Assembly (NCBI GenBank): GCA_963717315.1
Contig: CAVQWA010000009.1
Location: forward strand, 720-64,719
Reading direction: 5' to 3'
Length of the DNA stretch: 64,000 nucleotides
From: an uncultured Gemmatimonadales bacterium
GTDB lineage: Bacteria; Gemmatimonadota; Gemmatimonadetes; Gemmatimonadales; GWC2-71-9
Position numbers and translations under genes: made by a program. The notes beneath the pieces are model-generated. The model was not told where the DNA came from. It saw only the letters and a list, made by a program, of their open reading frames with translations, and did no database searches. Below are positions 36,885 to 45,423 of the stretch, one piece after another (the first letter of the stretch is position 1; each line of letters opens with the position of its first letter).

Positions 36885-38023
36885 CTCCCGCCGTCACGGT
36901 CCGGGCGGTCCGGGCCGCCGCGGACCTCTCCCGCTTCATCGCGCTTCCCTACCGTCTGCACGCGGCGGCGCCCAACTGGGTGCCGCCGCTCCGGCTGGAC
37001 ATGCGGGTCCAGCTCTCCCGCACGAAGAACCCGTTCTTCCAGCACGCGGAGGCCGAGTACTTCCTCGCCGAGCGTGAGGGGAAGGTCGTCGGGCGTGTCG
37101 CCGCGATCGACAACCGGCTGCACTACGAGACCCATCCGGACGACCGGGTGGGCTTCTTCGGCTTCTTCGAGTGCGGGGACGACCAGGCGGTGGCCGACGC
37201 GCTGCTCGGTGCCGCCGGCGACTGGGTGAGGGCGCGCGGGCTCCCGGTCCTCCGGGGGCCGGCCTCCTTCTCGGTGAACGATGACTGCGGCCTCCTGGTG
37301 GACGGCTTCGAGACCCCGAACGTCCTCATGACGCCCTGGCACCCGCCCTACTACGGGCGGCTCATCGAGCGCGCCGGGTTCGCCAAGGTGAAGGACCTCA
37401 TCCTCTACGAGGCCGGCAGCTTCGACCACTATGTCACGCCGGCGGCGCGGCTGGGGCGGGCGGAGGAGATCCTCGCGAAGCGCTACGGGGTCCGGTTCCG
37501 CCTGGTGGACCTGAAGCGCTTCAAGGAGGAAATCGACCTCATCAAGCGGCTGTACAACGCCTGCTGGGAGAAGAACTGGGGCTTCATCCCGATGACCGAC
37601 GCGGAAATCGACCATCTCGCGAAGCAGTTCCGCCCGGTGGTGATCCGCGAGATGGTGGTGATCGCCGAGACCGCCGACGGCACGCCGGTCGGCTTCGGAC
37701 TCGGCCTGCCGGACCTGAACCAGGTGCTGCGCCCGAACCGGAACGGCCGGCTCCTCCCGGGGGTCGCCCGGATCCTCTGGGGCCTCAAGCGCCGCACCAT
37801 CCGTCGTGCGCGGGTCGCGCTCCTCGGCGTGATCCCGAAGTTCCGCGGCACCGGGCTCGACGCGGTGCTCTACCACCGGGTGTGGACCGGCGCCGGCTCG
37901 CGCGGGATCTACTGGGGCGAAGGGGGCTGGACCCTGGAGGACAACGTCGGCATCCGTCACGGCCTGGAGAAGATCGGCTTCGTCGGCTACAAGACGCTCC
38001 GGATGTACGACAAGCCGCTATGA
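36881..38023 (+). CDS. GNAT-fold acyltransferase, candidate bacterial ceramide synthase (bCerS-like)
   Basis: C-terminal part of ORF 35249..38023 with conserved-looking blocks FIALPYRLHAAAPNWVPPL, FFGFFECGDD and VIPKFRGTGLD. No ATG or GTG lies near the 5' end. CTG 36881 overlaps the spt stop; the first ATG is 37001. Start uncertain. Confidence 0.6.
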   Translation: MTPAVTVRAVRAAADLSRFIALPYRLHAAAPNWVPPLRLDMRVQLSRTKNPFFQHAEAEYFLAEREGKVVGRVAAIDNRLHYETHPDDRVGFFGFFECGDDQAVADALLGAAGDWVRARGLPVLRGPASFSVNDDCGLLVDGFETPNVLMTPWHPPYYGRLIERAGFAKVKDLILYEAGSFDHYVTPAARLGRAEEILAKRYGVRFRLVDLKRFKEEIDLIKRLYNACWEKNWGFIPMTDAEIDHLAKQFRPVVIREMVVIAETADGTPVGFGLGLPDLNQVLRPNRNGRLLPGVARILWGLKRRTIRRARVALLGVIPKFRGTGLDAVLYHRVWTGAGSRGIYWGEGGWTLEDNVGIRHGLEKIGFVGYKTLRMYDKPL

Positions 38024-38991
38024 GGGCGCTGGTCACCGGGGCCACCGGGTTCGTCGGCGGCCACCTGGTCGAGGCCCTGCGGAAGGCGGGGCACGAGGTC
38101 ACGGCCCTGGTCCGTGATCCGGCGAAGGGCGCGGCGCTCTCCGAGCAGGGCATCCGGCTCGTGGCCGGCGACCTGCACGCCACCCGCGCCATCGCCGAGG
38201 CGGCCGAGGGGCAGGACCTGGTGTTCCATGTGGCCGGTGCGACCAGCGCCCTGGATGCCGCCGGGTTCCACCGGGCGAACGTCGAGGGCACCCGCCACGT
38301 GGTGGACGCGGCGGCGGCCGCTCGCGTCGGCCGCCTGGTGCACGTCTCCTCGCTGGCCGCCGCGGGCCCCTCCGAGCGCGGCCGTCCCCTCCGCGGGGAC
38401 GAGGCGCCCCGACCCGTCACCGCCTACGGCCGGTCCAAGCTGGCGGCGGAGGAGGTCGTCCGGGCGGGCCGCGGCGAATGGGCCATCGTCCGGCCGCCGA
38501 TGGTGTACGGCCCCGGCGACCGGGAGTTCCTCCGGGCCTTTCGCGCGGCGCACCGTTTCGGCCTGTCACCCGTGTTCGGCTCCGGGGCGCAGGAGCTCGT
38601 GGCGGTCTTCGCGCCCGACCTCGCCGAGGCGCTCCTGGCGGTGGCGGTGGCGGGTTCCACCGCGGGGCGTACCTATGCCGCCTGCCACGCCGAGCGATTC
38701 ACCCAGCTCGAGCTCGCGCGCAAGCTGGGCGAGGCGGTCGGGCGCGGGGTCGCCATTCCGCGGCTTCCCGGCGCGATTGCCCGCCCCGTCCTCTTCCTGA
38801 CGGAGGCGGCGGCGCGGCTCACCGGCCAGCCCACGCTCCTCACCACAGACAAGGCGAACGAGTTCTTCGCCCCCGCGTGGACCGCGGACCCCTCGCCCAT
38901 CGCGCGCGACGCGAACTGGGAAGCGGAGCATGACCTCGGCGCCGGCCTCCGACGCACCGCCGCCTGGTACCGGGAGCGCGGGTGGCTCTGA
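38020..38991 (+). CDS. NAD(P)-dependent epimerase/dehydratase-family SDR, candidate ceramide reductase (CerR-like)
   Basis: ATG 38020 overlaps the upstream stop (ATGA). Rossmann motif VTGATGFVGGHLV and catalytic YGRSK. Confidence 0.8.
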   Translation: MRALVTGATGFVGGHLVEALRKAGHEVTALVRDPAKGAALSEQGIRLVAGDLHATRAIAEAAEGQDLVFHVAGATSALDAAGFHRANVEGTRHVVDAAAAARVGRLVHVSSLAAAGPSERGRPLRGDEAPRPVTAYGRSKLAAEEVVRAGRGEWAIVRPPMVYGPGDREFLRAFRAAHRFGLSPVFGSGAQELVAVFAPDLAEALLAVAVAGSTAGRTYAACHAERFTQLELARKLGEAVGRGVAIPRLPGAIARPVLFLTEAAARLTGQPTLLTTDKANEFFAPAWTADPSPIARDANWEAEHDLGAGLRRTAAWYRERGWL

Positions 38992-39899
38992 GCCGGTTCC
39001 GCCCGATCGACTGGCTGATGTCCGGCTACGGGCTCGTCGTGGCGGTGACGGCGCTCGTGCGGCTGCCGGGCTTTCCCCCGCTCGCCTGGATCGCGGCCGC
39101 CCACCTCCTGATCCCGGCACTCGCGCTCCTCTGCGCCAGCGAACGGGTGGGTCGGGTCGGCGGCCTCCTGCGCGAGGTCTACCCCATCATCCTGCTCGTC
39201 GGACTCTACGGTGCGCTCGACGCGCTGGCCGGCGGGGGAGCGGTGACGGCCCACGACGGCACGGTCCAGCGGTGGGAGATGGCCCTCTTCGGGACACAGG
39301 TGAGCCGGGCCTGGTGGCAGGCGAAGCCCAGCGCGTTCTGGTCCTCGCTGCTCCACGCGTCGTACTTCGCCTACTACGTGATCGTCCCCGCACCGGCCGC
39401 CTGGTTCGCGTGGAAGGGTCGGACTGACGACCTCCGCTGGTACGTCTTCGCGGTGATGGCGACATTCGTGGCCTGCTACCTCTGGTTCATCTTCTTCCCC
39501 GTGGCAGGGCCCTACTACGAGTTCCCCCGCCCCGCCGCCTGGTTCACGGACAACGGCCCCGCCCGGCTGGTCTACGCCACCCTCGCGCGCGGCAGCTCCT
39601 ACGGGGCGGCCTTCCCTTCGTCCCACGTGGCTGCCACCGTCGTCGCCGCCGCCGCGGCGTGGCGCGGGAACCGGACGCTCGGCGTGCTGCTGGCGTTGCC
39701 GACGGTGATGCTCTCGGTGGCCGTCGTCTACTGCCAGATGCACTACGCGGTGGACGCGCTGGCGGGGGTGGGGATCGCGGGAGTGGCCCTCGCGCTGACG
39801 GCGAACGTGATGACCAGGCAGCTCCGCATGCCGGCACCAGCAAGAGAAAACCGCCCGCCGGACGAGGCCGGCGGGCGGTTCGGACTCCCGGGGGAATGA
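38982..39899 (+). CDS. PAP2-superfamily membrane protein (lipid phosphatase / phosphotransferase type)
   Basis: GTG 38982 overlaps the SDR gene by 10 nt. Polytopic. PAP2 C2/C3 motifs FPSSHVAAT and MHYAVDALAG. Confidence 0.8.
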   Translation: MALSRFRPIDWLMSGYGLVVAVTALVRLPGFPPLAWIAAAHLLIPALALLCASERVGRVGGLLREVYPIILLVGLYGALDALAGGGAVTAHDGTVQRWEMALFGTQVSRAWWQAKPSAFWSSLLHASYFAYYVIVPAPAAWFAWKGRTDDLRWYVFAVMATFVACYLWFIFFPVAGPYYEFPRPAAWFTDNGPARLVYATLARGSSYGAAFPSSHVAATVVAAAAAWRGNRTLGVLLALPTVMLSVAVVYCQMHYAVDALAGVGIAGVALALTANVMTRQLRMPAPARENRPPDEAGGRFGLPGE

Positions 39900-40364
39900 T
39901 TACTCGGTGATTTCCAGCTCCCCGGTCATGCCCATCGCCAGGTGCGGCAGGCAGAAGAACTTGTACTCACCCGCCGGCGCGCCGGCGAACGAGATCGTGT
40001 AGACCGCGTTGGCCTCCACGAGGAGCGGGCCGCTCAGCTCGCCCATCCGGTCGGGCATCGCGGCGTTGAGCACCGCGACCGCGCCGGCCGGGATGCTGTC
40101 CGCCCAGAAGTCGACGTTGTGCGGGCCGCCGCTCACGTTGTGGAAGCGGATGACGTCGCCGGTCTTGATGGTCAGTTCGTCCGGGACGTACTTGTAGGTC
40201 GTTCCCTCGAGCACCATGTTCACGTCGTGGGTGGCACCGGTCGTCGCCGGGGCCGCGGCCGCCGGCTGTTCCGGGGCCATCGCCGCCGGCTCCTCGGCCT
40301 TCTTCTCACCGCCACACGCCGCGGCGAGCACCACGAGCCCGGCCGCCAGGAAGGTCTTCCGCAT
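39900..40364 (-). CDS. Plastocyanin/azurin-family type-1 blue copper lipoprotein
   Basis: ATG 40364 preceded by GGAGG. Lipobox VVLAAACGG and an Ala/Pro/Glu linker. Ligand pattern HNV...FFCLPHLAMGM (H, then C-x2-H-x4-M). Confidence 0.85.
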   Translation of the reverse strand: MRKTFLAAGLVVLAAACGGEKKAEEPAAMAPEQPAAAAPATTGATHDVNMVLEGTTYKYVPDELTIKTGDVIRFHNVSGGPHNVDFWADSIPAGAVAVLNAAMPDRMGELSGPLLVEANAVYTISFAGAPAGEYKFFCLPHLAMGMTGELEITE

Positions 40365-40585
40365 TGCTCCACTGCCTCCAGAAAGTCGAATAGAGTCCGC
40401 TGCCACCGCGCTCCCAGCCGCGACCCGGATGCTCCGGCCCCGCCGGTGAAGAGCGGCCCAAGTATAAGGGCGGAGGAGTCGAAAGGCGAGTCGGCCGTGG
40501 GTGGTCGCGCCGCGGGCACCCACCTATTTTCCGTCCGCAGCCGGAGCCGTGGCTCCGCGAGTTCTCCCCTCCCCGGAGCCGTGTC

Positions 40586-41359
40586 GTGAGCATTCCCCCG
40601 CCCTGTCGGGCCCTCGGGACCCAGTGCCGCCAGCTCCGGGTCACGATCCACATCGGGACGCTCGAGGGGGGGAAGGATCCGCTCGACCACGAGGCCACCT
40701 GGCTTCTCGGGCACACCGAACGGGTCTCCTGGGGAGAGCTCACCGTCCGGGACGATCAGCTCTACGTCGACGCCACCATCCACGTGCCCTGCCGGTGGCT
40801 CGAGGACCGGGGCGAGGGGGCGCGGTGCCGTGCCCACGGGTTCCGGGGGGCGATGCCCCGTGATCCCCGGCTGGCCAGCCAGCCGCGCCGGCTCGGCGGC
40901 GACCGCTTCCGGGTGGCCGAACACCAGCGCATGCGCGACCTGGAGCTCTCCCATCCCAGGCGCCCGCTCCCGGTGGTCGGCGTGGGGAGCAACCCCTGCG
41001 TGGGTGCCCCCTGCCGCACCGGCGACAACGCCCGGGGGGCCGCCTGTTGCCGCGACTTCCAGGTGGACATCGTGGCGCCGCCGGCAGACACCGGGCTCGA
41101 GGCGCTGGTGCGGTCCCGGCGGGCACCCTATCTATGCAAGGTGAACCGGACGGCGGACGGGTATCTCGAGGCCGAGATCATCTCCGCCTGCGACTACCTC
41201 GACCCGGCGGACGGAGTGCACTGCACCCTGCACGGGCGGGCCCGCCCCGACGGCCGGACCGCCAAGCCGGCACTCTGTTTCGACTGGCCCCCGAAGCGCG
41301 CGGTGATCCACCGCGGCTGCGCGCTGGCGACGCGCTGGCAGCGGGCCCAGCACCGCTGA
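40586..41359 (+). CDS. Cysteine-rich protein with a YkgJ/UPF0153-like CxxCxxCC-type metal cluster motif
   Basis: NPCVGAPCRTGDNARGAACCRDF, plus further Cys at ...ISACDYL...VHCTLH...ALCFDWP...HRGC. Start uncertain. Confidence 0.5.
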   Translation: MSIPPPCRALGTQCRQLRVTIHIGTLEGGKDPLDHEATWLLGHTERVSWGELTVRDDQLYVDATIHVPCRWLEDRGEGARCRAHGFRGAMPRDPRLASQPRRLGGDRFRVAEHQRMRDLELSHPRRPLPVVGVGSNPCVGAPCRTGDNARGAACCRDFQVDIVAPPADTGLEALVRSRRAPYLCKVNRTADGYLEAEIISACDYLDPADGVHCTLHGRARPDGRTAKPALCFDWPPKRAVIHRGCALATRWQRAQHR

Positions 41360-41410
41360 CCCCGGCGGCGCCCCTGTGCAAGGACCGGCACCGACGGGCG
41401 TCTCCCACGC

Positions 41411-41959
41411 GTGGCCGCCCCCGGGTACCCGGAGCCCCGATTGAACGACGAGCTCGAGCGTCTCTACCAGACGACCTACCAGGCGGTGGTGCGCTTCCTC
41501 TACCGCAAGGTGTGGGACGCCGACCGCGCGGAAGACCTGGCGCAGGAAGTCTTCCTCCGCGCGATGTCGCACCGGCCGGAGAAGCCGCGCGCCTGGGTCT
41601 TCGCGGTGGCGGCCAACCTGGCGCGGGACGAAGCCCGGGCCGCCGTCCGGCGCAGGAAGCACCTGACGCTCCTCACCAACGACCCCGGCACCCACCCGGC
41701 GCCGATGCGCTCGGTGGAAGAGACGATCGAGCACGACGAGCAGGTGAGCCGGGTCCACGACGCCCTGGCGCTGCTCACGCCCCGGGATCGCGAGATCCTG
41801 CTGCTGTGGGACGCGGGACTGAGCTACCCCGAGATCGCCGCCCAGACCGGGCTGGCGGTCGGGGCGGTGGGCACGACCCTGGCGCGCGCCCGGCGGCGCC
41901 TGATCGAGGCCCACGATCGCCGTGTGGCGGAACGGATGGACGATGCGGCACATTCCTGA
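41411..41959 (+). CDS. ECF-type RNA polymerase sigma-70 factor
   Basis: Region 2 (DRAEDLAQEVFLRA...AWVFAVAANLARDE) and region 4 (LTPRDREILLLWDAGLSYPEIAAQTGLAVGAVGTTLARARRRL). Confidence 0.9.
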   Translation: MAAPGYPEPRLNDELERLYQTTYQAVVRFLYRKVWDADRAEDLAQEVFLRAMSHRPEKPRAWVFAVAANLARDEARAAVRRRKHLTLLTNDPGTHPAPMRSVEETIEHDEQVSRVHDALALLTPRDREILLLWDAGLSYPEIAAQTGLAVGAVGTTLARARRRLIEAHDRRVAERMDDAAHS

Positions 41960-42881
41960 GGACGAACTCCACGCCTACCTCGACCAGTCCCTCAGCCGGT
42001 CGCAGTGCGTGGAAATCGAGAGCCACCTCGCGCGCTGCCCCGCCTGCCAGGCGGAGCGGGACGCCATTGCCGCCCTCCGTGACCGCACCACCGGGCTCCT
42101 GGCGCTCCTGTCCCCCCGTCCCCGGCAAGCGCCTTCCTGGGCGGCCCTCGAGGCGAGGGCCACCGCCGCCCGTGCCCGGGCCCGTCGGCGGCTCTGGTAC
42201 GGTGGCTGGGCGGCGAGCGTGGCGGCGGCCGTGGCGATGGGCTGGCTGGCCCGGGACTTCGCCCCGCCGGCCGCGGGAAATGTCGCCGCCGGCGAGCCGC
42301 CCGCCGCCGCCGCCCCGGCCACAGCCCTCGCCGGATCCCCCTCCGACGTGGTGCCGGCCGACGACTCCGCCCGTGATTCCGCCCCGGCTCCGCGACCGGC
42401 GGCCCGACGGGCTTCGGCGGAACCCGCGCCCACCGCCCCTTCCGGTCTCGACGCCGCCGCGCCCCCGAATGGCCCGGTGGCCGCGGGAATGGCGCTCCGG
42501 GGAGCGGACGGCGTGTTCTCGGACTTCCCCCTCGCGGGGGTGTGGCGCACCGTCACGTTCGACCGGCTGCAGGGCGACTCGAGCGAGTGGGTACCGCGGG
42601 TGGACGGGCTCCCGGTCAAGGAGATCCGGGTGAGCCAGCGCACCAGCGGCGGGCTCAGCGTGGTCTCCCAGCAGCTCGCGAGCGGGCAGACGATCCGGAC
42701 CGTCGCCGGTCCGGCCTCCGACGTCCGGAGCCTGATCTCCAACCGGACCGGCCAGTCGGCCTCCGCCCAGCTCCAGGTGGATCCGTCGCTGGCCAGCCCG
42801 GCGGACGGGGAGCGCATGCTCGTGATCCTGGGCGACATCCCCACCGACTCGCTCCGGGCGCTGCTGCTGCGGGTGAAGTAG
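41943..42881 (+). CDS. Anti-sigma factor (zf-HC2 type) with one TM helix and an extracytoplasmic domain
   Basis: MRHIPEDELHAYLDQSL...HLARCPACQAE (H-x3-C-x2-C), then TM helix WYGGWAASVAAAVAMGWLA. Overlaps the sigma gene by 17 nt. Confidence 0.8.
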   Translation: MRHIPEDELHAYLDQSLSRSQCVEIESHLARCPACQAERDAIAALRDRTTGLLALLSPRPRQAPSWAALEARATAARARARRRLWYGGWAASVAAAVAMGWLARDFAPPAAGNVAAGEPPAAAAPATALAGSPSDVVPADDSARDSAPAPRPAARRASAEPAPTAPSGLDAAAPPNGPVAAGMALRGADGVFSDFPLAGVWRTVTFDRLQGDSSEWVPRVDGLPVKEIRVSQRTSGGLSVVSQQLASGQTIRTVAGPASDVRSLISNRTGQSASAQLQVDPSLASPADGERMLVILGDIPTDSLRALLLRVK

Positions 42882-42981
42882 CGCGAGACGCGAGCCGCGA
42901 GTGACGCCAGCGTGAAACGGCCCCCCGTGCGTGGAGGGCCGTTCCCTTTTCCCCGCGGTTCGACCCGCGACTCGCGACTGC

Positions 42982-44346
42982 CTAGTGCCGCTTCTCCTCC
43001 TCGATCGCCGTCTCGCTCACGTAGTCCCGGTCGGCTTCCTCGTGCAGGAACTCCGTGGGCTCCTCCACGTGGTGGCTCTCCCGCCGGAGCGTCACCTCGC
43101 CCAGCCGCGGTGAGATCATGGGGAAGCGCCGCGCCGCCAGCCCGTAGGCCAGCAGGAAGAGGCCGAGGAACAGGAGCGTCGGGGCCAGCTCGGGAAGCCC
43201 GAACACCGGGCCGGCCTCCGCCGTGATGGAGGGCATCACCATCAGGTAGCGCTCGAGCCAGAGGGCCACGAGGATGACGCCGCTGAAGAGTCCGAGGGTC
43301 ACCGGCCACTTCTTCGGCGTCACGCCGAGGAGGCCGACGAAGGGGATGAGGAACATCCCGCAGAGGACCAACCACGCCACCGGCCGCCACGGGCCCCAGA
43401 GCCGGGCGAAGACGAAGCCGGTCTCCTCCGGCAGGTTCCCGTACCAGATCACCAGGAACTGGGCCCACATCAGGTAGGTCCAGAACACGGAGAAGCCGAA
43501 GATCATCTTCCCGAGGTCGTGGCGCTGCTTCGCACTGATGAGCTGCGTGGTGCCGGTCTCGCGGCCGCCGAGGAGCGCCAGGAGGGCCAGCAGCGCGTTG
43601 CCGCCGAGGAACGATCCCATGAAGTACCAGCCGCCCAGCAGGTTCGAGAACCAGTGGGGCTGGAGGGCCATGACCCCGTCGAAGGCCACCAGGGTGAGCA
43701 CCAGCGCGTAGAGCACGACATACACCGGCGCCAGCCGGGCCACCCGGCGTTCGGTGGCCTCGAGCGCGGCGGCCGAGCCGTCGAAGCCGCGCGCGAGTCC
43801 CTCGAGCGCCCCGCGCCGCGCGCCGGCGGCCTCCCGCGCCGCCTCCCACGCGTCGGGCGCGAGGTCGCGGCGGACCATGGCCCAGCCGACCAGCGCGAGC
43901 GCCGCCAGGCCGACCCCGAGCCGGGCGAACATCCAGGGCCTGGAGAGCCAGACGGCCTTGCCGTGGGGAAGGGCGTGCAGCTCCTCCTGCATGGGGCCGT
44001 AGACGTGCTCGTAGCCCAGTGTGAAGACCAGCACGAAGCCGAGCAGGACCACCGGCAGGAACGCCACCGTGGCCGAGGCGAACCGGGCGAGCAGGCCGGA
44101 CCACTTGGCGTTGGCGACCTTGTAGACCGCGACCAGCGCCAGGGTGCCCGCCGTGAGGCCGGTGAAGTAGAGCCAGTTCACGTGGAAGAGCTGCCAGGCC
44201 CGCCCGGCCCGGCCCCCGGTCACCGCGAGGGTGAAGAGCCCGGCGCCGGCCAGGCTGAGGGCGGCACCGAGCCCGACGAAGAGGCTCCAGCGGCCCTGGC
44301 CCGCGTGCTGCGCCAGCCGGCGGCGGAGGGCGGTGTCGGGCCTCAC
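42982..44346 (-). CDS. actF: Alternative complex III subunit ActF (NrfD-like membrane subunit)
   Basis: GTG 44346 overlaps the actE stop (GTGA). About 10 TM segments. NrfD/ActC paralogue in the expected operon position. Confidence 0.8.
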   Translation of the reverse strand: MRPDTALRRRLAQHAGQGRWSLFVGLGAALSLAGAGLFTLAVTGGRAGRAWQLFHVNWLYFTGLTAGTLALVAVYKVANAKWSGLLARFASATVAFLPVVLLGFVLVFTLGYEHVYGPMQEELHALPHGKAVWLSRPWMFARLGVGLAALALVGWAMVRRDLAPDAWEAAREAAGARRGALEGLARGFDGSAAALEATERRVARLAPVYVVLYALVLTLVAFDGVMALQPHWFSNLLGGWYFMGSFLGGNALLALLALLGGRETGTTQLISAKQRHDLGKMIFGFSVFWTYLMWAQFLVIWYGNLPEETGFVFARLWGPWRPVAWLVLCGMFLIPFVGLLGVTPKKWPVTLGLFSGVILVALWLERYLMVMPSITAEAGPVFGLPELAPTLLFLGLFLLAYGLAARRFPMISPRLGEVTLRRESHHVEEPTEFLHEEADRDYVSETAIEEEKRH

Positions 44347-44921
44347 TGGACGACTCCGGCGGCCTGGCGGGAGCGCGACTGCAGCTCCCGCACGTAGTTC
44401 ACGACGGCCCAGCGGTCGGCCGGCACCCAGATCTTGTCGCCGTAGCGGCCCATCACGCCGCGGCCGTAGCGGATGATCGAGTAGAGGTATCCGTCCGAGT
44501 AGGCGATCGCGCGGTCCGAGGTGAGCGGGAGCGCTCCCAGGCGGCGCCCGACCAGGCCGTCCCCGGCGCCCGCCTGCCCGTGGCAGGTGGCGCAGAACCA
44601 CCCGTAGAGGGTGTCGCCCCGGGCGAGCATCGCCCCCCGCGAGTACGGGTTGGTGAACGCCTCGGCGGCGGCGAAATTGCCCGTGGTCCACGCGGCGCCG
44701 ATGTCGGGTTCGGTGTCGCCCACCGGCACCGTCCCGGGCGGCGTGGTGCGCGGCACGCCCGCCGTCCCGTACGGGTGCACCGCGGGCGACGTGACCATGT
44801 GGTCGAACCAGGGGACGGCCTTCATCAGGTCGTCCGGCGAGGGGACGTCGTTGTACCACCAGTTGCAGCCGCCGGCGGCGAGGGCGCCGGCCAGCGCGAG
44901 GGCGAGCCGCGCGCTACGCAT
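44343..44921 (-). CDS. actE: Alternative complex III subunit ActE (monohaem cytochrome c lipoprotein)
   Basis: Lipobox LAGALAAGGC and a single CATCH haem motif. Confidence 0.85.
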   Translation of the reverse strand: MRSARLALALAGALAAGGCNWWYNDVPSPDDLMKAVPWFDHMVTSPAVHPYGTAGVPRTTPPGTVPVGDTEPDIGAAWTTGNFAAAEAFTNPYSRGAMLARGDTLYGWFCATCHGQAGAGDGLVGRRLGALPLTSDRAIAYSDGYLYSIIRYGRGVMGRYGDKIWVPADRWAVVNYVRELQSRSRQAAGVVQ

Positions 44922-45423
44922 GGCGGACCTCCTCCGCGCCCGCGTCGCGCAGGAGCCCGCCGGCGGCCTCGTACTGGTCGGGGGCGCAGGGCACGAAGAT
45001 GCCGATCCGGTCGTCGGTGAACTTCGGGTCGAAGGGGAGCCCCTTCGTGGGCTTGAGCGCGAGCGAGAGGATCACGATGCCCGCGACCGACGCGAGCGCG
45101 CCGAGCAGGATGGTCAGCTCGAACCCGATGATCACCATCGGCGGGAAGGCGTCGATCGGCTTGCCGCCGACCAGCACCGGCCAGTCGCGCTGCATCCAGT
45201 ACTGCATCCCGAACCCGGCGGCGCAGCCGGTGAGCCCGCCGAAGAGGGTGAAGAGGCGGACCGGGCTGACCTTCTGCTCCAGCGCCTCCTCGATCTCGTG
45301 CTGCGGCGCGGCCGAATAGACAGTGAGGTCCCGGTGCCCCCCGCGGCGCAGGGCGCGGATGGCGTCGGTGGCGGCGTCCACGTGGACGAACGAGCCCAGG
45401 ACCCCGGTGCGGACGGCGGCCAT
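44914..45423 (-). CDS. actD: Alternative complex III subunit ActD (DUF3341)
   Basis: ATG 45423 shares its A with the actC stop (TGATG). Soluble N-terminal domain plus two TM helices. Confidence 0.8.
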   Translation of the reverse strand: MAAVRTGVLGSFVHVDAATDAIRALRRGGHRDLTVYSAAPQHEIEEALEQKVSPVRLFTLFGGLTGCAAGFGMQYWMQRDWPVLVGGKPIDAFPPMVIIGFELTILLGALASVAGIVILSLALKPTKGLPFDPKFTDDRIGIFVPCAPDQYEAAGGLLRDAGAEEVRHA

